From: an uncultured Trueperaceae bacterium | GTDB lineage: Bacteria; Deinococcota; Deinococci; Deinococcales; Trueperaceae | Assembly: GCA_963727505.1 (NCBI GenBank) | Contig: CAVSGP010000008.1 | Span: 1 to 64,000 of the forward strand | DNA length: 64,000 bases | Direction of reading: 5' to 3' | Part shown: positions 30,103 through 40,120 of the stretch, one piece after another | Layout of the letters: every line of letters starts with the position of its first letter | Position numbering within the stretch: the first letter of the stretch is position 1 | The notes under the pieces: model-generated | Seen by the model: the letters and a program-made list of their open reading frames with translations, nothing else | Told to the model about the DNA's origin: nothing | Database searches by the model: none | Program-made: the position numbers and the translations under genes

Positions 30103-33062
30103 GACTGACCTCCCAGGGCGCGGTTCGTGGGGGCGGTCCCGCCGACGCCCAAGATGGGCGAGCGCCTGCGCTTGCGCCACTGCCAGATGCCGGCGATCAG
30201 CACCAGCGCGAGCAGCGCGAAGACGTAGTTGCCGACCTCCCAGCCGGTCTCCTGCGCTTGCGTCAGGTGCTCGAGCACGCGCGTGGTGGCGCCGCTGGCG
30301 CGGATGCCGAGCAGGCTGGCGTCCTCGGTCGACCAGTCGACGGCGTTCTGCAGGAGCTTCAGGTCCTCCCCCGAGAGGTTCTGGCTGAGGCGCGAAGCGA
30401 GGTTCAGCACGGTGTCGTTTACGATCTCGCCGGAGCCGATCACGACCAGGCGGGCGTTGTCCGGCGACGAGGCGATGACGCCGACCTGGCCGGACGAGCT
30501 GGAGCTCGAGGCCGCAGAGCTCGAGCCCGCAGAGCTCGAGCCGCTGGAGCTCGAAGCGTTCGAGCCGCTGTTCCCACTACTGCCGCTACCCTGCAGCGGG
30601 TCCTTCTTGCCCTTGAAGTAGCTCGTGAACGAGCCGCGCACGGCGACCGCCAGCGGGTAGGCCTTCTGCGTCTTGCCCACCGGGAAGCCGTGCTTCGGGT
30701 AGCTCTGGAAGTCCGGGATGATGTTGGTGCTCTGCGAGGTCCAGGCGTTGGGGCTCGACGACAGCAGCACGTCCACCTTGCGCGCGCCGCTCGATCCCTT
30801 CTGCACGGTCAGTGGCGACGCCCACGGCACCGTCACCGCCGGCAGGCTGGAGGTGATGGGCGAGGACCGGTCCATGCTGCTCGGGCGCACGTCGACGAAG
30901 AAGGGGTAGTCGACGGCCTGCACCTCCTGCACCGGCACGCCGCCGACGTTGTGCGGCACCACCACCGGGAACTGCGTGTTCTGCGTGTCCATCACCACCG
31001 AGTCGCCCACGGTGACGCCGTAGCTCTTCAGCATGTCGGCCAGGCCGCCCTGCACCTTCTTCAGCGCGAGCTGGCCGGAGTAGGGCTGCTGGGTGAGAGC
31101 GTAGTTGCCGCCCGCCACCACCACCGAGCCGCCGCGCATCAGGAACTGGTCGACGGCGAAGCGCTGCTTGGCGTTCATGCCCTGGGGTGACAGCAGCAGC
31201 AGGGTGTCGACGTCGTTGGGAACGGTACCGTTCGACAGCGACACGTTCTCCACCTTGTAGTCCTTCTGGAGCTGCTTCTGGATGAGCTGCGTCTTGTAGA
31301 TCTGTTGTTGCTGCCGGGCGTAGGGGCTGCGGCCTGCGGGCGGGGGCGTCCACAGCCCGACCACCTTCAGGAAGCCGGAGGTGGAACGCTTCAGCGCCGC
31401 GGTGACGGCGTCCTTCACGGTCTTCTGGCTGAAGCTCCCGGACGGTACCACCACCTGGCTCTTGCCGTTCACGGTGAGCAGCATCTGCAGGTAGTAGGTG
31501 TCGTTGGAGAGCAGGCCGGCCGGGATGGGCTGGATGCCGTATTGCTGCTGCAGCTGCTGGGGCGTGTAGGGGGCGTTGGCGGAGCGGGGGTCCACCTGCT
31601 GGAAGGCGAACTGGCCCTTGGCGCCGCTCTCGATGGAGTCTGCCACCTTCTTGACGATGCCGGGGGCGTCCTGCAGGTTCTGCGGGAGCGACTTCGGTGT
31701 CGCCAGCAGCGTCAGCTTGGCAGGCTGCTTGAGCGAGGCCAGCACCGTGTCGACGTCGCTGAAGCCGGCCACGTCCTTCTTGATGGCGCGCGTGAGGTTG
31801 TACTCGAGGTTGTTGAGCTCGACGTTGGGCGTGCCGCCGGTCGGGTTGGAGGTCACGTTGATGAGGTCGCTGAGCTTGAGCACCTGGGTCTGGTCGCCGT
31901 AGCGCACCAGGATCGCGAAGTAGGCGTTCACGACCGACGACTGGTAGCGGTTCGCCACCTGGAAGGGATGCGGCTGGATGCCGTAGTCCTGGTTGGCGGT
32001 CTGTTCGATCTTGGGGTTGGTGGAGGGATCGACCACCTCGGCCTTGACGCGCCCGTGTGAGGCGACCTGGTACTCGTGTAGCATGTCCGCTACCTGCGGG
32101 ATGAGAGGCTTGAGGAGCGGGTGGGTGTCCTTGCTGATGTAGGCGCGAATGAGCAGCGGTTGCTGCAGCGAGTCGAGCAGGTCGTGCGTGGTGGCCGACA
32201 GGCTGTAGCGGTGGCTCTGCGTCATGTCGACGCGCAGACTGGAGAGCGGCAGCATCCAACCATTGAGCAGGATCAGGTTGAGCGCGACCAGGCCCACGCC
32301 CAACAGCCGGGCGTTGCGGTAGGGGCGGGTCATGGCGGTGCCGCTCCAGCGCTTGGCGTCGAGCGACAGCACGTTGAGCGCCAGGAACAGCCCGGCGAGG
32401 GAGAGGTAGAAGGCGAGGTCGCGCAGGTCGAGAACGCCGCGCTCGATGGACTGGAAGTGGGTGGTGGTGGAGAGCTCTCGGAAGACGGCGGCGACGCCGT
32501 TGGGCACGAAGTCGAGCACGGCGTTGGTGCCGATCAGGTAGAACGCTCCGCCGATCAGCAGCGTCACGATGAGCGACACGATCTGGTTGTCGCTGCGCGA
32601 GGACACGAACAGGCCGATGGCGGCGTAGGCGGCGGCCATCAGCAGGGCGGCGACGTAGCCGCCGATGACGGGCCCCCAGTCGAGGTTGCCCAGCAGCGCC
32701 ACGGTGATCGGCAGGCTGACGGTGAGCGCCAGCGCCACCGTCACGAGCGTCATCACGGCCAGGAACTTGCCGAGCACCAGCCGCCAGGCGTCGACCGGCA
32801 GGGTGAGCAGCATCTCGAGGGTGCCGGAGCGCTGCTCTTCGCTCCACTGCCGCATCGTCAAGGCGGCGACGAGGAACACCAGCAGGAGCGGCATCCAGGT
32901 GAAGAGCGGGCGCACGTCGGCGATGCCGCGCGCGAAGAAGGTGGCCACCCAGAAGAACACGAAGAAGGTGACCAGCAGGAAGGTGCCCATGAAGATGAGC
33001 GCCAGGGGCGACCCGAAGGCGCTCGAGAGCTCCTTCTTGGCGATGGCGACGGTCTGTCGCAA
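30099..33062 (-). CDS. ABC-2 permease (GldF-like) fused to a GldG/ABC-auxiliary domain
   Basis: TMRQWSEEQRSGTLEMLLTLP, LGKFLA, RGVLDLRD, then RVDMTQSHRYSLS, LEYNLT, DQFLMRGG, NAVDW. Confidence 0.88.
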   Translation of the reverse strand: MRQTVAIAKKELSSAFGSPLALIFMGTFLLVTFFVFFWVATFFARGIADVRPLFTWMPLLLVFLVAALTMRQWSEEQRSGTLEMLLTLPVDAWRLVLGKFLAVMTLVTVALALTVSLPITVALLGNLDWGPVIGGYVAALLMAAAYAAIGLFVSSRSDNQIVSLIVTLLIGGAFYLIGTNAVLDFVPNGVAAVFRELSTTTHFQSIERGVLDLRDLAFYLSLAGLFLALNVLSLDAKRWSGTAMTRPYRNARLLGVGLVALNLILLNGWMLPLSSLRVDMTQSHRYSLSATTHDLLDSLQQPLLIRAYISKDTHPLLKPLIPQVADMLHEYQVASHGRVKAEVVDPSTNPKIEQTANQDYGIQPHPFQVANRYQSSVVNAYFAILVRYGDQTQVLKLSDLINVTSNPTGGTPNVELNNLEYNLTRAIKKDVAGFSDVDTVLASLKQPAKLTLLATPKSLPQNLQDAPGIVKKVADSIESGAKGQFAFQQVDPRSANAPYTPQQLQQQYGIQPIPAGLLSNDTYYLQMLLTVNGKSQVVVPSGSFSQKTVKDAVTAALKRSTSGFLKVVGLWTPPPAGRSPYARQQQQIYKTQLIQKQLQKDYKVENVSLSNGTVPNDVDTLLLLSPQGMNAKQRFAVDQFLMRGGSVVVAGGNYALTQQPYSGQLALKKVQGGLADMLKSYGVTVGDSVVMDTQNTQFPVVVPHNVGGVPVQEVQAVDYPFFVDVRPSSMDRSSPITSSLPAVTVPWASPLTVQKGSSGARKVDVLLSSSPNAWTSQSTNIIPDFQSYPKHGFPVGKTQKAYPLAVAVRGSFTSYFKGKKDPLQGSGSSGNSGSNASSSSGSSSAGSSSAASSSSSSGQVGVIASSPDNARLVVIGSGEIVNDTVLNLASRLSQNLSGEDLKLLQNAVDWSTEDASLLGIRASGATTRVLEHLTQAQETGWEVGNYVFALLALVLIAGIWQWRKRRRSPILGVGGTAPTNRALGGQS

Positions 33063-33074
33063 GTCTCTACCTCC

Positions 33075-34046
33075 CTAGGCGGGGGACGTCGTGGGCGACG
33101 TCGTGGGCGACGGCGTGGGCGCGCTGTCGCGGGCCAGTTCGTTGAACACCGTCTCCAACGTGCGGGTCTCGCGGTGCAGCTCCTGCAGCGGCCAGTTGTG
33201 CCGCTTGGCGAGCTCGAAGATGGCGGGACACAGGTCGCGGTCGTCCTCCGCGTGCACCACGTATGCCACCCGGCCGTCGCCGACGGTGCCCGGCTGGACG
33301 CCGCTCGCGCCGGGCAGGCCGCGAAGCGCGTCGCTCACCGACGGGTCGGCGGCCGTGCCCCCTAGCACCAGCCGTGCCGTGCCGCTCCGGGACAGCTCGG
33401 AGAGCTGCGCGTCGGCGCGAATCACGCCGCCCATGATCATCACGGCGCGGTCGCACAGTGCCTCCACCTCGGGCAGGATGTGGCTGGAGAAGAGCACGGT
33501 GCTGGTCTTGGCCAGGGTCCGCACGAGCTGCCGGATCTCGGCGAGCTGGGTCGGGTCGAGCCCGACGGTAGGCTCGTCGAGGATGAGCAACTTGGGCCGG
33601 TGCAGGATGGCCTGCGCGATCCCCACCCGCTGGCGGTAGCCCTTGGAGAGTTGTTGGATGGGACGGGTGAGCATGGGTCCCAGCCCGGTCGCCCGGATGG
33701 CGTCGGAGAGCGACTTCGTCTGCTGCGCGCGGGGGATGCGCCGCACGTCGGCCATCATCAGCAGGTACTCCTGTACCGTCAGCTCGGGGTAGAGGGGCGC
33801 GTTCTCGGGCAGGTAGCCGATGCGCTCCTGCGCCTGGCGGCGCTCCAGGAGCACGTCGAAGTCCTCGATGCTGACCTGTCCGCTGTCGGGCTGCAGGTAG
33901 CCGGTCAGGACCTTCATGAGGGTGGACTTGCCGGCGCCGTTGGGGCCGAGCAGGCCCACGATGGTGCCCGCCTCGATCCGGAAGCTCACGTCTTGCAGAG
34001 CCCGCACCGCGCCGTATGATTTGGTTACGTTCCGAACGTCGACCAA
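33075..34046 (-). CDS. ABC ATP-binding protein, GldA-like
   Basis: GGAGG + TTG start; GPNGAGKST, LSKGYRQRVG, LDEPTVGLDP, SSHILPEV. Confidence 0.92.
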   Translation of the reverse strand: MVDVRNVTKSYGAVRALQDVSFRIEAGTIVGLLGPNGAGKSTLMKVLTGYLQPDSGQVSIEDFDVLLERRQAQERIGYLPENAPLYPELTVQEYLLMMADVRRIPRAQQTKSLSDAIRATGLGPMLTRPIQQLSKGYRQRVGIAQAILHRPKLLILDEPTVGLDPTQLAEIRQLVRTLAKTSTVLFSSHILPEVEALCDRAVMIMGGVIRADAQLSELSRSGTARLVLGGTAADPSVSDALRGLPGASGVQPGTVGDGRVAYVVHAEDDRDLCPAIFELAKRHNWPLQELHRETRTLETVFNELARDSAPTPSPTTSPTTSPA

Positions 34047-34184
34047 GTTGAACCTCCCGACTCTGCGGTCGTCGTTGCGCCTAGAGGCGGTGTCGGCGGA
34101 GGCTTCGGGTGCCGGCGGCGCCGGCGTGGCCCCCACGGGACCGTGGCCGCGCGCTGCCGGCCGAGTTTTTCGCCGTCACCCAAG

Positions 34185-34232
34185 TGGTTTACCAAATTTC
34201 AGATGAAAGTTGGACCAGGGTTTCGTGAAATT
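34185..34232. promoter_or_regulatory. AT-rich palindromic operator in the divergent intergenic region
   Basis: CCAAATTTCA-GA-TGAAAGTTGG (34192-34213, one mismatch), flanked by TGGT..ACCA and a second TTTCGTGAAA. Confidence 0.55.
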
Positions 34233-34370
34233 GTTGAGTACGCTCGCCCCGGCCGAGGCCCGCGAGGCGGTACGACACGCGCCGCGGCCAGAAGGGCGGC
34301 CGCTCCGTAGAATGCAAGGAGCGCCTCGCACAAGCCGTCCAGATCGGTCGGCCACCGCACGCAACAGGAG

Positions 34371-36935
34371 ATGACGCGCATGTCGCTGGTCCGTAGCCCC
34401 TTCGTCCCCTCGCTCGTCCTCAGCGGCCTCGCGCTGCTGGTGCTGGCCTGGGTGGCGTGGGTCCGCCGTCGCGACGTGCGCGGCGGGCGGGCGTTGGCCC
34501 TGCTTGCCGCGCTCGGCGCGTGTTGGGCGGGGGCGCTCGCGTTGTGGGTGGCAGCGGGGAGCGGGGCCACTGGCGAAGCGGGTCTGCGGCTGCAGGCGGC
34601 CGCCGGCGTGCTGGTGCCGTGGGCTCTCCTGGCCTTCGCCGTTCGTGCCACGCGGCTGCTCGAGCACGGGGACGCGCTGCTGTGGGGGCTGGCCGTCCCT
34701 TCGCTGGCGGCCGCCGCGCTCGCCTTCGGCCCGGTCGGCGGCCTGGGGCTGTGGCGAGCCGAAGGCGAGCGCGCCGCCCTCGGCGGTTCGCTGTGGGTCG
34801 GCGAGGCGAGTCTCTACGGCAACCTTGTGGGCGCCTACGACGCGGTCCTGGTGGCGGCCGCAGTGGCCTTCCTGGCGCTGGCCGTGGTGCGCGCCCCGGC
34901 GTCGCGGCGCCCCCCGCACGCCTGGACGCTGGCCGGTGTGGCGCTGCCGGTCGCCGCCGCCGCGGCGGTCGGGCTGGTTGCGGCGTTCGCGCCCTCCGCG
35001 CTCCCCGCGGCGTTGGCGCTGCTGCCGCCGGCGGCGTTCCTGCTGGCACCGGCGGCCCTGGCTGTCGCGCACGGCCTGTTCGGCGAGGTGCGGACGCACG
35101 CCGGCGACGAGGAGGGCGAGGGGCCCGTTCCCGGCGCTGCCGCGGTGGGCTTGCATCGGGGCGCGTTGGTGGACCACCTCGAGCAGCCCGTGCTGCTTCT
35201 CGACGGAGCGTCGCGCGTGCGTTACGCCAACGCGGCGGCCACGCGGTTGTTCCATCGCGACGGGGACCTGCTGGGCACGCCCGCCGAAGCCCTCTTCCGC
35301 GACCTCCCCGGGGTGCTGGCCGCGCTGTCCCGGCGCCGGAGCGCCGTGCAGGAGATCGAGCTGCCACGCGCCGGCGGTTCCCGACGCTTCGAGGCGTGGC
35401 TCACGCCGCTGACCGAGGCCAGCGGGCGGCATGGCGGGACGCTGCTGGCGCTCGTCGACAGCGCTCGGCTGCACAGGGCCGAAGCTGCCTCGGAGGAGGT
35501 GGAGGCCCAGGCCCGGCGCCACGAGGCGCTGCTCGAGGCGCTCCACGAGGCGCTCCGCGCCATCGGCAGGGGCGAGACGCTAGGACTGCTGCTCGACATC
35601 GTGCTGACCAGCGCCGCAAGCGCGCTCGAGGCGCCGCACGCCGCGCTCTACCTGCACGACCCGGCCGCCGACGTGTTGCGCCGGCGCACCGCCGTCGGCG
35701 GCTTCGAGGCCCTGGAGGAGCCGCCGCTGCGGCGCGAGGAGGGGCTGGCGGGCGAGGCCTGGGCGACCTCCTCGGTGGTGCCGGCGGAGGCGTTCCCCGC
35801 CGACGGCGGGGATGCGAACGGAGGCGAGGCCTGGGCGGGCGCCGCCGTGGCGGTGCCGTTGCGGCTCGGCGGCCGCACCTTCGGGGTGCTGCTGGTCGCG
35901 CGCCCGCGCGCCGACCACAGGCCCTTCGTAACCGACGAGGTGGACGCCCTGCAGCGCTTCGCGGAGCTGGCGGCGATCGCGGTCCGGGACGCGCGGGCAC
36001 GCGAACGCGCCGAGGGCGCCGAGGAGGAGCTGGCGTGGCTGGACCGGCTCGACGCGGCCATCGCGCGGCAGGCGCCCGACACCGCGGTGCTCGACCTTGC
36101 CCTCACCGCGGCGCAGCAGGTCGCCGGACTCGAGCGGGCGGTGGTGTGGCTACCGTCGGCGGACGGCCGGGCGCTGCAGGCGGGCGCCTGGCTGGGGCTC
36201 GAGCTTGGCCCCGAATCGACGCAGCGCGTGCTGCTGGACGGCTCCGCGCCGCTTCTCGAGGACGCCTTCTTGGGCGGCCACGAGATCGTGCTGCAGGGGG
36301 GCGGGCCGCTTCCGCAACGGCTGCGGCCGACCGGTCCGGCGGCGGTTTCGCCGCTGATGCGGCCGAGCTGGCCGACCGTGCTGCCGCTGCGCGGCTCGGG
36401 CGGCGTGGTGGGCGTGCTGGTGGCCGACGACCACCGTCAGGGGGCCGACCTCGAGCCGCGCCTGCGGGCGCTGCGGCGCATCGCCGCACGTGCGGGCCAG
36501 GCCCTCGACCGGGCGCGGCTGCACGACGAGGCGCAGTGTCAAGCGGCCGCCGTGGGGCGGGCCGAGGCACAGCTCCACGGTGTGCTGGCCGCCCGCGAGG
36601 CCCTCCTCGACGCCCTCCCCGTCGCCTACTTCGAGACCGATCTTCGTGGTGAGCTGACGCGCGCCTCACCCGAGTTGGCGCGCCTGGCCGGCTTCGACGA
36701 GGCGGTGCTGCGCGGCATCTACCTGGGTGACCTGGCAGCGTCCGGCGGAGAGGGGGCGCTGACCGAGCTGTTCGGGCGCGTACTGCGCAGCGGTCGCGTC
36801 GCCCGCCGCGCATCGTGGGCGCTGCTCGCGCGTCGCGGCGGCGCCCTGCCGGTGGAGCTGTCGATCGGCCTGTTACGGGGCCCGACCGGCGAGGCGGCGG
36901 GGTACTTCGGGCTCGTGACGCCGCGCGCTCGCTAG
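34371..36935 (+). CDS. Membrane sensor: 7TM-like N-terminus, then PAS-GAF-GAF-PAS, with no output domain
   Basis: Hydrophobic N-terminus; LLDGASRVRYANAAA (PAS); EGLAGEAW..AVPL..FGVL..FAELAAIA (GAF); a second GAF; FETDLRGELT..SP (PAS), then stop. Confidence 0.7.
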   Translation: MTRMSLVRSPFVPSLVLSGLALLVLAWVAWVRRRDVRGGRALALLAALGACWAGALALWVAAGSGATGEAGLRLQAAAGVLVPWALLAFAVRATRLLEHGDALLWGLAVPSLAAAALAFGPVGGLGLWRAEGERAALGGSLWVGEASLYGNLVGAYDAVLVAAAVAFLALAVVRAPASRRPPHAWTLAGVALPVAAAAAVGLVAAFAPSALPAALALLPPAAFLLAPAALAVAHGLFGEVRTHAGDEEGEGPVPGAAAVGLHRGALVDHLEQPVLLLDGASRVRYANAAATRLFHRDGDLLGTPAEALFRDLPGVLAALSRRRSAVQEIELPRAGGSRRFEAWLTPLTEASGRHGGTLLALVDSARLHRAEAASEEVEAQARRHEALLEALHEALRAIGRGETLGLLLDIVLTSAASALEAPHAALYLHDPAADVLRRRTAVGGFEALEEPPLRREEGLAGEAWATSSVVPAEAFPADGGDANGGEAWAGAAVAVPLRLGGRTFGVLLVARPRADHRPFVTDEVDALQRFAELAAIAVRDARARERAEGAEEELAWLDRLDAAIARQAPDTAVLDLALTAAQQVAGLERAVVWLPSADGRALQAGAWLGLELGPESTQRVLLDGSAPLLEDAFLGGHEIVLQGGGPLPQRLRPTGPAAVSPLMRPSWPTVLPLRGSGGVVGVLVADDHRQGADLEPRLRALRRIAARAGQALDRARLHDEAQCQAAAVGRAEAQLHGVLAAREALLDALPVAYFETDLRGELTRASPELARLAGFDEAVLRGIYLGDLAASGGEGALTELFGRVLRSGRVARRASWALLARRGGALPVELSIGLLRGPTGEAAGYFGLVTPRAR

Positions 36936-36982
36936 CTCTCCGGGCGCGTCTGCGACGGCGCAAATGCTACGCTGAGCGCAAC

Positions 36983-37864
36983 ATGTCTCGGCTGGATCGA
37001 TCGCCGACCCCCCACAACGACAGGTCCGCAGCAGGTGCCGCCGGCGTCACGCTGGTGGTGGGCGCCGGCGGTGCGGCGTGCGCCGCGGCGGTGGGCGCCC
37101 ACCGCGCGTTGAAGCGCGCCGGCGTAGCGGTCGACGGCGTCGTCGGCAGCTCCACCGGCGCGGCGGTGGCGGCCGCGCTGGCGCTAGGCTGGGAGGCCGA
37201 GACCACCGAGGCGGTGCTGCGGCGGCTGTGGGTGCCGGCCGTGATGCGCGGCGCCCGGCAACGCGCGGCGCTGCGGCTGGCGTTGCCGCGGCTGGCGCGT
37301 GGCGGCGGCTTCGCGCTGAGCGAGGGCGGGGCGCTCGAGGAGCGCGTACGCAGGGCGTTCGGGGAGGCGCGCTTCGAGGACGCCCGCATCCCTCTCGTGA
37401 TCGTCGCCACCGACCTTGCCAGCGGCGAGCGCGTGCGCCTCGAGGAGGGCCTCGTTGCCGACGCGGTCCGCGCCAGCCTCAGCGTCCCGCTGCTCTTCCC
37501 GCCGGTCCTCTGGCAGGGTCGGGAGCTGGTGGACGGCGCCCTCTCCGAGCCCCTGCCGGTGCTGGAGGCGTTGGGGTGGGGGTCGGTGGCGGTGGTGGCG
37601 CTGGGGTTCGCGAGTCGCGCGCCGGAGCGCGCCGGCGGGGCGCTGGGGGCGGTGCTGGCGACGCACGTGGCTGCGGTCAACAACCTGATGCGGCTGGCGT
37701 CGGCCTACTACGACCTGGCGTCACCGGTGCGACTCCTCCGGCTCGAGCCCGAGCTCGGCGACGCCGCCCCCATGTTCGACGGCTCGGGCACCGCCGAGGC
37801 GATCGCAAGCGGCGAGCGCGCCATGGAAGAGGCCATGGAGGACCTACGGCGCCTGCTCGTGTGA
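36983..37864 (+). CDS. Patatin-like phospholipase
   Basis: GAGGAA glycine loop, GSSTG nucleophile, ATDLASGE, LVDGA. Confidence 0.85.
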   Translation: MSRLDRSPTPHNDRSAAGAAGVTLVVGAGGAACAAAVGAHRALKRAGVAVDGVVGSSTGAAVAAALALGWEAETTEAVLRRLWVPAVMRGARQRAALRLALPRLARGGGFALSEGGALEERVRRAFGEARFEDARIPLVIVATDLASGERVRLEEGLVADAVRASLSVPLLFPPVLWQGRELVDGALSEPLPVLEALGWGSVAVVALGFASRAPERAGGALGAVLATHVAAVNNLMRLASAYYDLASPVRLLRLEPELGDAAPMFDGSGTAEAIASGERAMEEAMEDLRRLLV

Positions 37865-37870
37865 CGGGGC

Positions 37871-38296
37871 TCAGGTGGTCTGCCGGCTGTCGATGAGTTG
37901 CGCCAGGTGCACGCGGTCGAGCGTCTCGCGGATGGCGAGGCTGGTGCTCAACCACGCCACGTTGAGGCGGCAGAAGCCCTTTCGCTGCTGGGTGGCGCAA
38001 CGCGCCTGGGTCTGGCAGGTGTCGACCACCACCGACCCCGACATGGCTTCGATCACGTCGAGCAACGATAGCCGCTCGACGTCCACGCGCAGCGTGACGC
38101 CCCCGTTGCGCCCCGGCTTGCTCTCCAGGAAGCGCGCGGCGGACAGCTTGCGCAATACCTTGGCCAGGAAGGCAGGAGGCATCTGGAGATCCTTGGCCAT
38201 CTTCGCGGCGCTTGCGCCAGGGTTCTCGGCGGCGTAGATGAGCGCGTGGATCGCGTAGCTCTCTTCGCGCCTCAGCAGGGTCCGGATGTCGTCCAT
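37871..38296 (-). CDS. Rrf2-family regulator with three Cys (probable Fe-S ligands)
   Basis: YAIHAL, FLAKVLRKL, GRNGGVTL, SLLDVIEAMSG, C-x5-C-x8-C. Confidence 0.9.
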   Translation of the reverse strand: MDDIRTLLRREESYAIHALIYAAENPGASAAKMAKDLQMPPAFLAKVLRKLSAARFLESKPGRNGGVTLRVDVERLSLLDVIEAMSGSVVVDTCQTQARCATQQRKGFCRLNVAWLSTSLAIRETLDRVHLAQLIDSRQTT

Positions 38297-38461
38297 ACCA
38301 GTGCTCCGGCGGCAACCCGAGCTGCCTCCATGCTAGCAGACAAACGCGGAGATGGCGCTCGGATTTGGCGCGGGGTCGCCGTCGTGCGCTCCGCTCGCGC
38401 GCTCGAAACATGGAGCTGTGGGTCCGAGTCAAGCTTTGTCCGCGGAGCGGACGCGGCGATT

Positions 38462-40093
38462 TCAGTGCGGCAGCGCCAGCAGCAGCACTTGCGCCAGCAG
38501 GATCTTGACGATGGTGGCCAGCGGGAACACGGTGGCGTAGCCGACGTTGGGCAGGTCGTTGCCGGTCTGCTCGTTGGCGAAGCCCAGCACGGCCGGTTGG
38601 GTCTGCTGCCCCGACAGCATGCCGATCAGCAGGCTCATGGGGATACGCAACAGCCGGCTTCCCACCACCAGCGTCAGCAGGGCGCTGGCGCAGGTGACGA
38701 GCGCACCGCCCAGGAACAGCCTCAGGCCGCCGCCGCTGGCGAGCGTGGTCGCGAAGGCGTCGCCGCTGCGGGTGCCGATCCCGGCGAGGAACAGCACCAG
38801 CCCGAGCTGGCGCAGCGTCAGGTTGGCGCTGTAGGGCGGCTGCCAAACGATGGGCCCGGTGCGCCGCAGGGCGGACAGCGCCAGCGCCACGACCAGCGGG
38901 CCGCCCGCGAAGCCCAGTCGGAAGGTGAGGCCGCCGGGCAGCGGCAGCGGCACCAGGCCGAGCGCCAACCCCAGCGCGATGCCGAGGCCGAAGGGCAGCA
39001 CGTCGATCTCGGACAGCGAGCGGTAGGAATCGCCGAAGAAGCGCCCGACCGCGTCCATGCGGTCGCGGCGGGTGACGACGCGGACACGGTCGCCGAGCTC
39101 CAGCCGCATGCCCCCCGAGGGGAGCAGGTCGCTGTCGCCCCGCCGCACGCGCGTCACCAGAGCACCGAAGCGTTCCAGCAGGCCCAGGTCGCGCAGGGCC
39201 CTACCTGCCACCTCCGGGCGGGACACGAAGATGCGTCGCACGTCCAGGCGCGCCCGGTCGAACTCGAGGTGCTCCGGGCTGGGCTCGCCCAGCGCCGGCA
39301 TCACGGCCTGCAGGTCCTCGGCGGCGCCCACCAGGGTGACGTCGTCGCCGGGGCGCAGCACGGTGTCGCCGTGCACCAGGTCGAGCTCGTCGCCGCGCCG
39401 GAAGCGCGCGAAGAGCACGTGCCAGCGCTCGCGTTCCAGCCACCCCTGGACGCTCCGCTCGGCCATGTCGGGGCGGGTGATGCGCACCGTCGCCGCGTCC
39501 AGCCGCTCGCCCGAGGCACCCAGGTCGCGCAGCGCCCGCGCCTCCTTGCGGTAGTCGATGCGCCAGATCCGCTGCGCGATGAAGATCGCCAGGATGACCC
39601 CCACGACACCCACCGGGTAGCTGATCGAGTACGCCACCACGGGCTGGTTGTCGAGCGCTGCCCGCCCGCTCTGCTGTAGCGTCTCCACCAGGCTGGCGAG
39701 TGCGGGCGTGTTGGTGAGCCCTCCAGCGAACAGGCCGGCCGCGAACGGTCCCGGGATCCCGAGTCCGAGTGCGAGCGCCGTGGTCAGGCCGGCGGCGAAG
39801 AGTAGCGCGGCCAGCACCAGCAGGTTGTCGCGCAACCCGCGGCGTCCGAACGACGCGAAGAAGCCGGGCCCGCTGGCCAGCCCCACCGTGTACACGAAGA
39901 TCACCAGGCCGAGCTGATAGACGAGATCTGGCAGCCGCAGGCTGGGGTCGATCGCGCCCACCCCCAGCCCCACGAACAACACGGCGGCGACGCCGAGGTT
40001 GAAGCCGGCCACTCGTATGCGCCCCAACGGGTAACCCAGCGCGGCGACGATGAACAGGAGCAGCAGCGGATTGCCGGCGATCAGCGCGACCAT
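38462..40093 (-). CDS. AspT/YidE/YbjL-family antiporter with two TrkA_C domains
   Basis: LGVAAVLFVG, AGGLTNTPAL, AGGPLVVAL, GYATVFP. Confidence 0.9.
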   Translation of the reverse strand: MVALIAGNPLLLLFIVAALGYPLGRIRVAGFNLGVAAVLFVGLGVGAIDPSLRLPDLVYQLGLVIFVYTVGLASGPGFFASFGRRGLRDNLLVLAALLFAAGLTTALALGLGIPGPFAAGLFAGGLTNTPALASLVETLQQSGRAALDNQPVVAYSISYPVGVVGVILAIFIAQRIWRIDYRKEARALRDLGASGERLDAATVRITRPDMAERSVQGWLERERWHVLFARFRRGDELDLVHGDTVLRPGDDVTLVGAAEDLQAVMPALGEPSPEHLEFDRARLDVRRIFVSRPEVAGRALRDLGLLERFGALVTRVRRGDSDLLPSGGMRLELGDRVRVVTRRDRMDAVGRFFGDSYRSLSEIDVLPFGLGIALGLALGLVPLPLPGGLTFRLGFAGGPLVVALALSALRRTGPIVWQPPYSANLTLRQLGLVLFLAGIGTRSGDAFATTLASGGGLRLFLGGALVTCASALLTLVVGSRLLRIPMSLLIGMLSGQQTQPAVLGFANEQTGNDLPNVGYATVFPLATIVKILLAQVLLLALPH

Positions 40094-40120
40094 GATGGAG
40101 AGCGGGCGGGCGGCGGGGGG

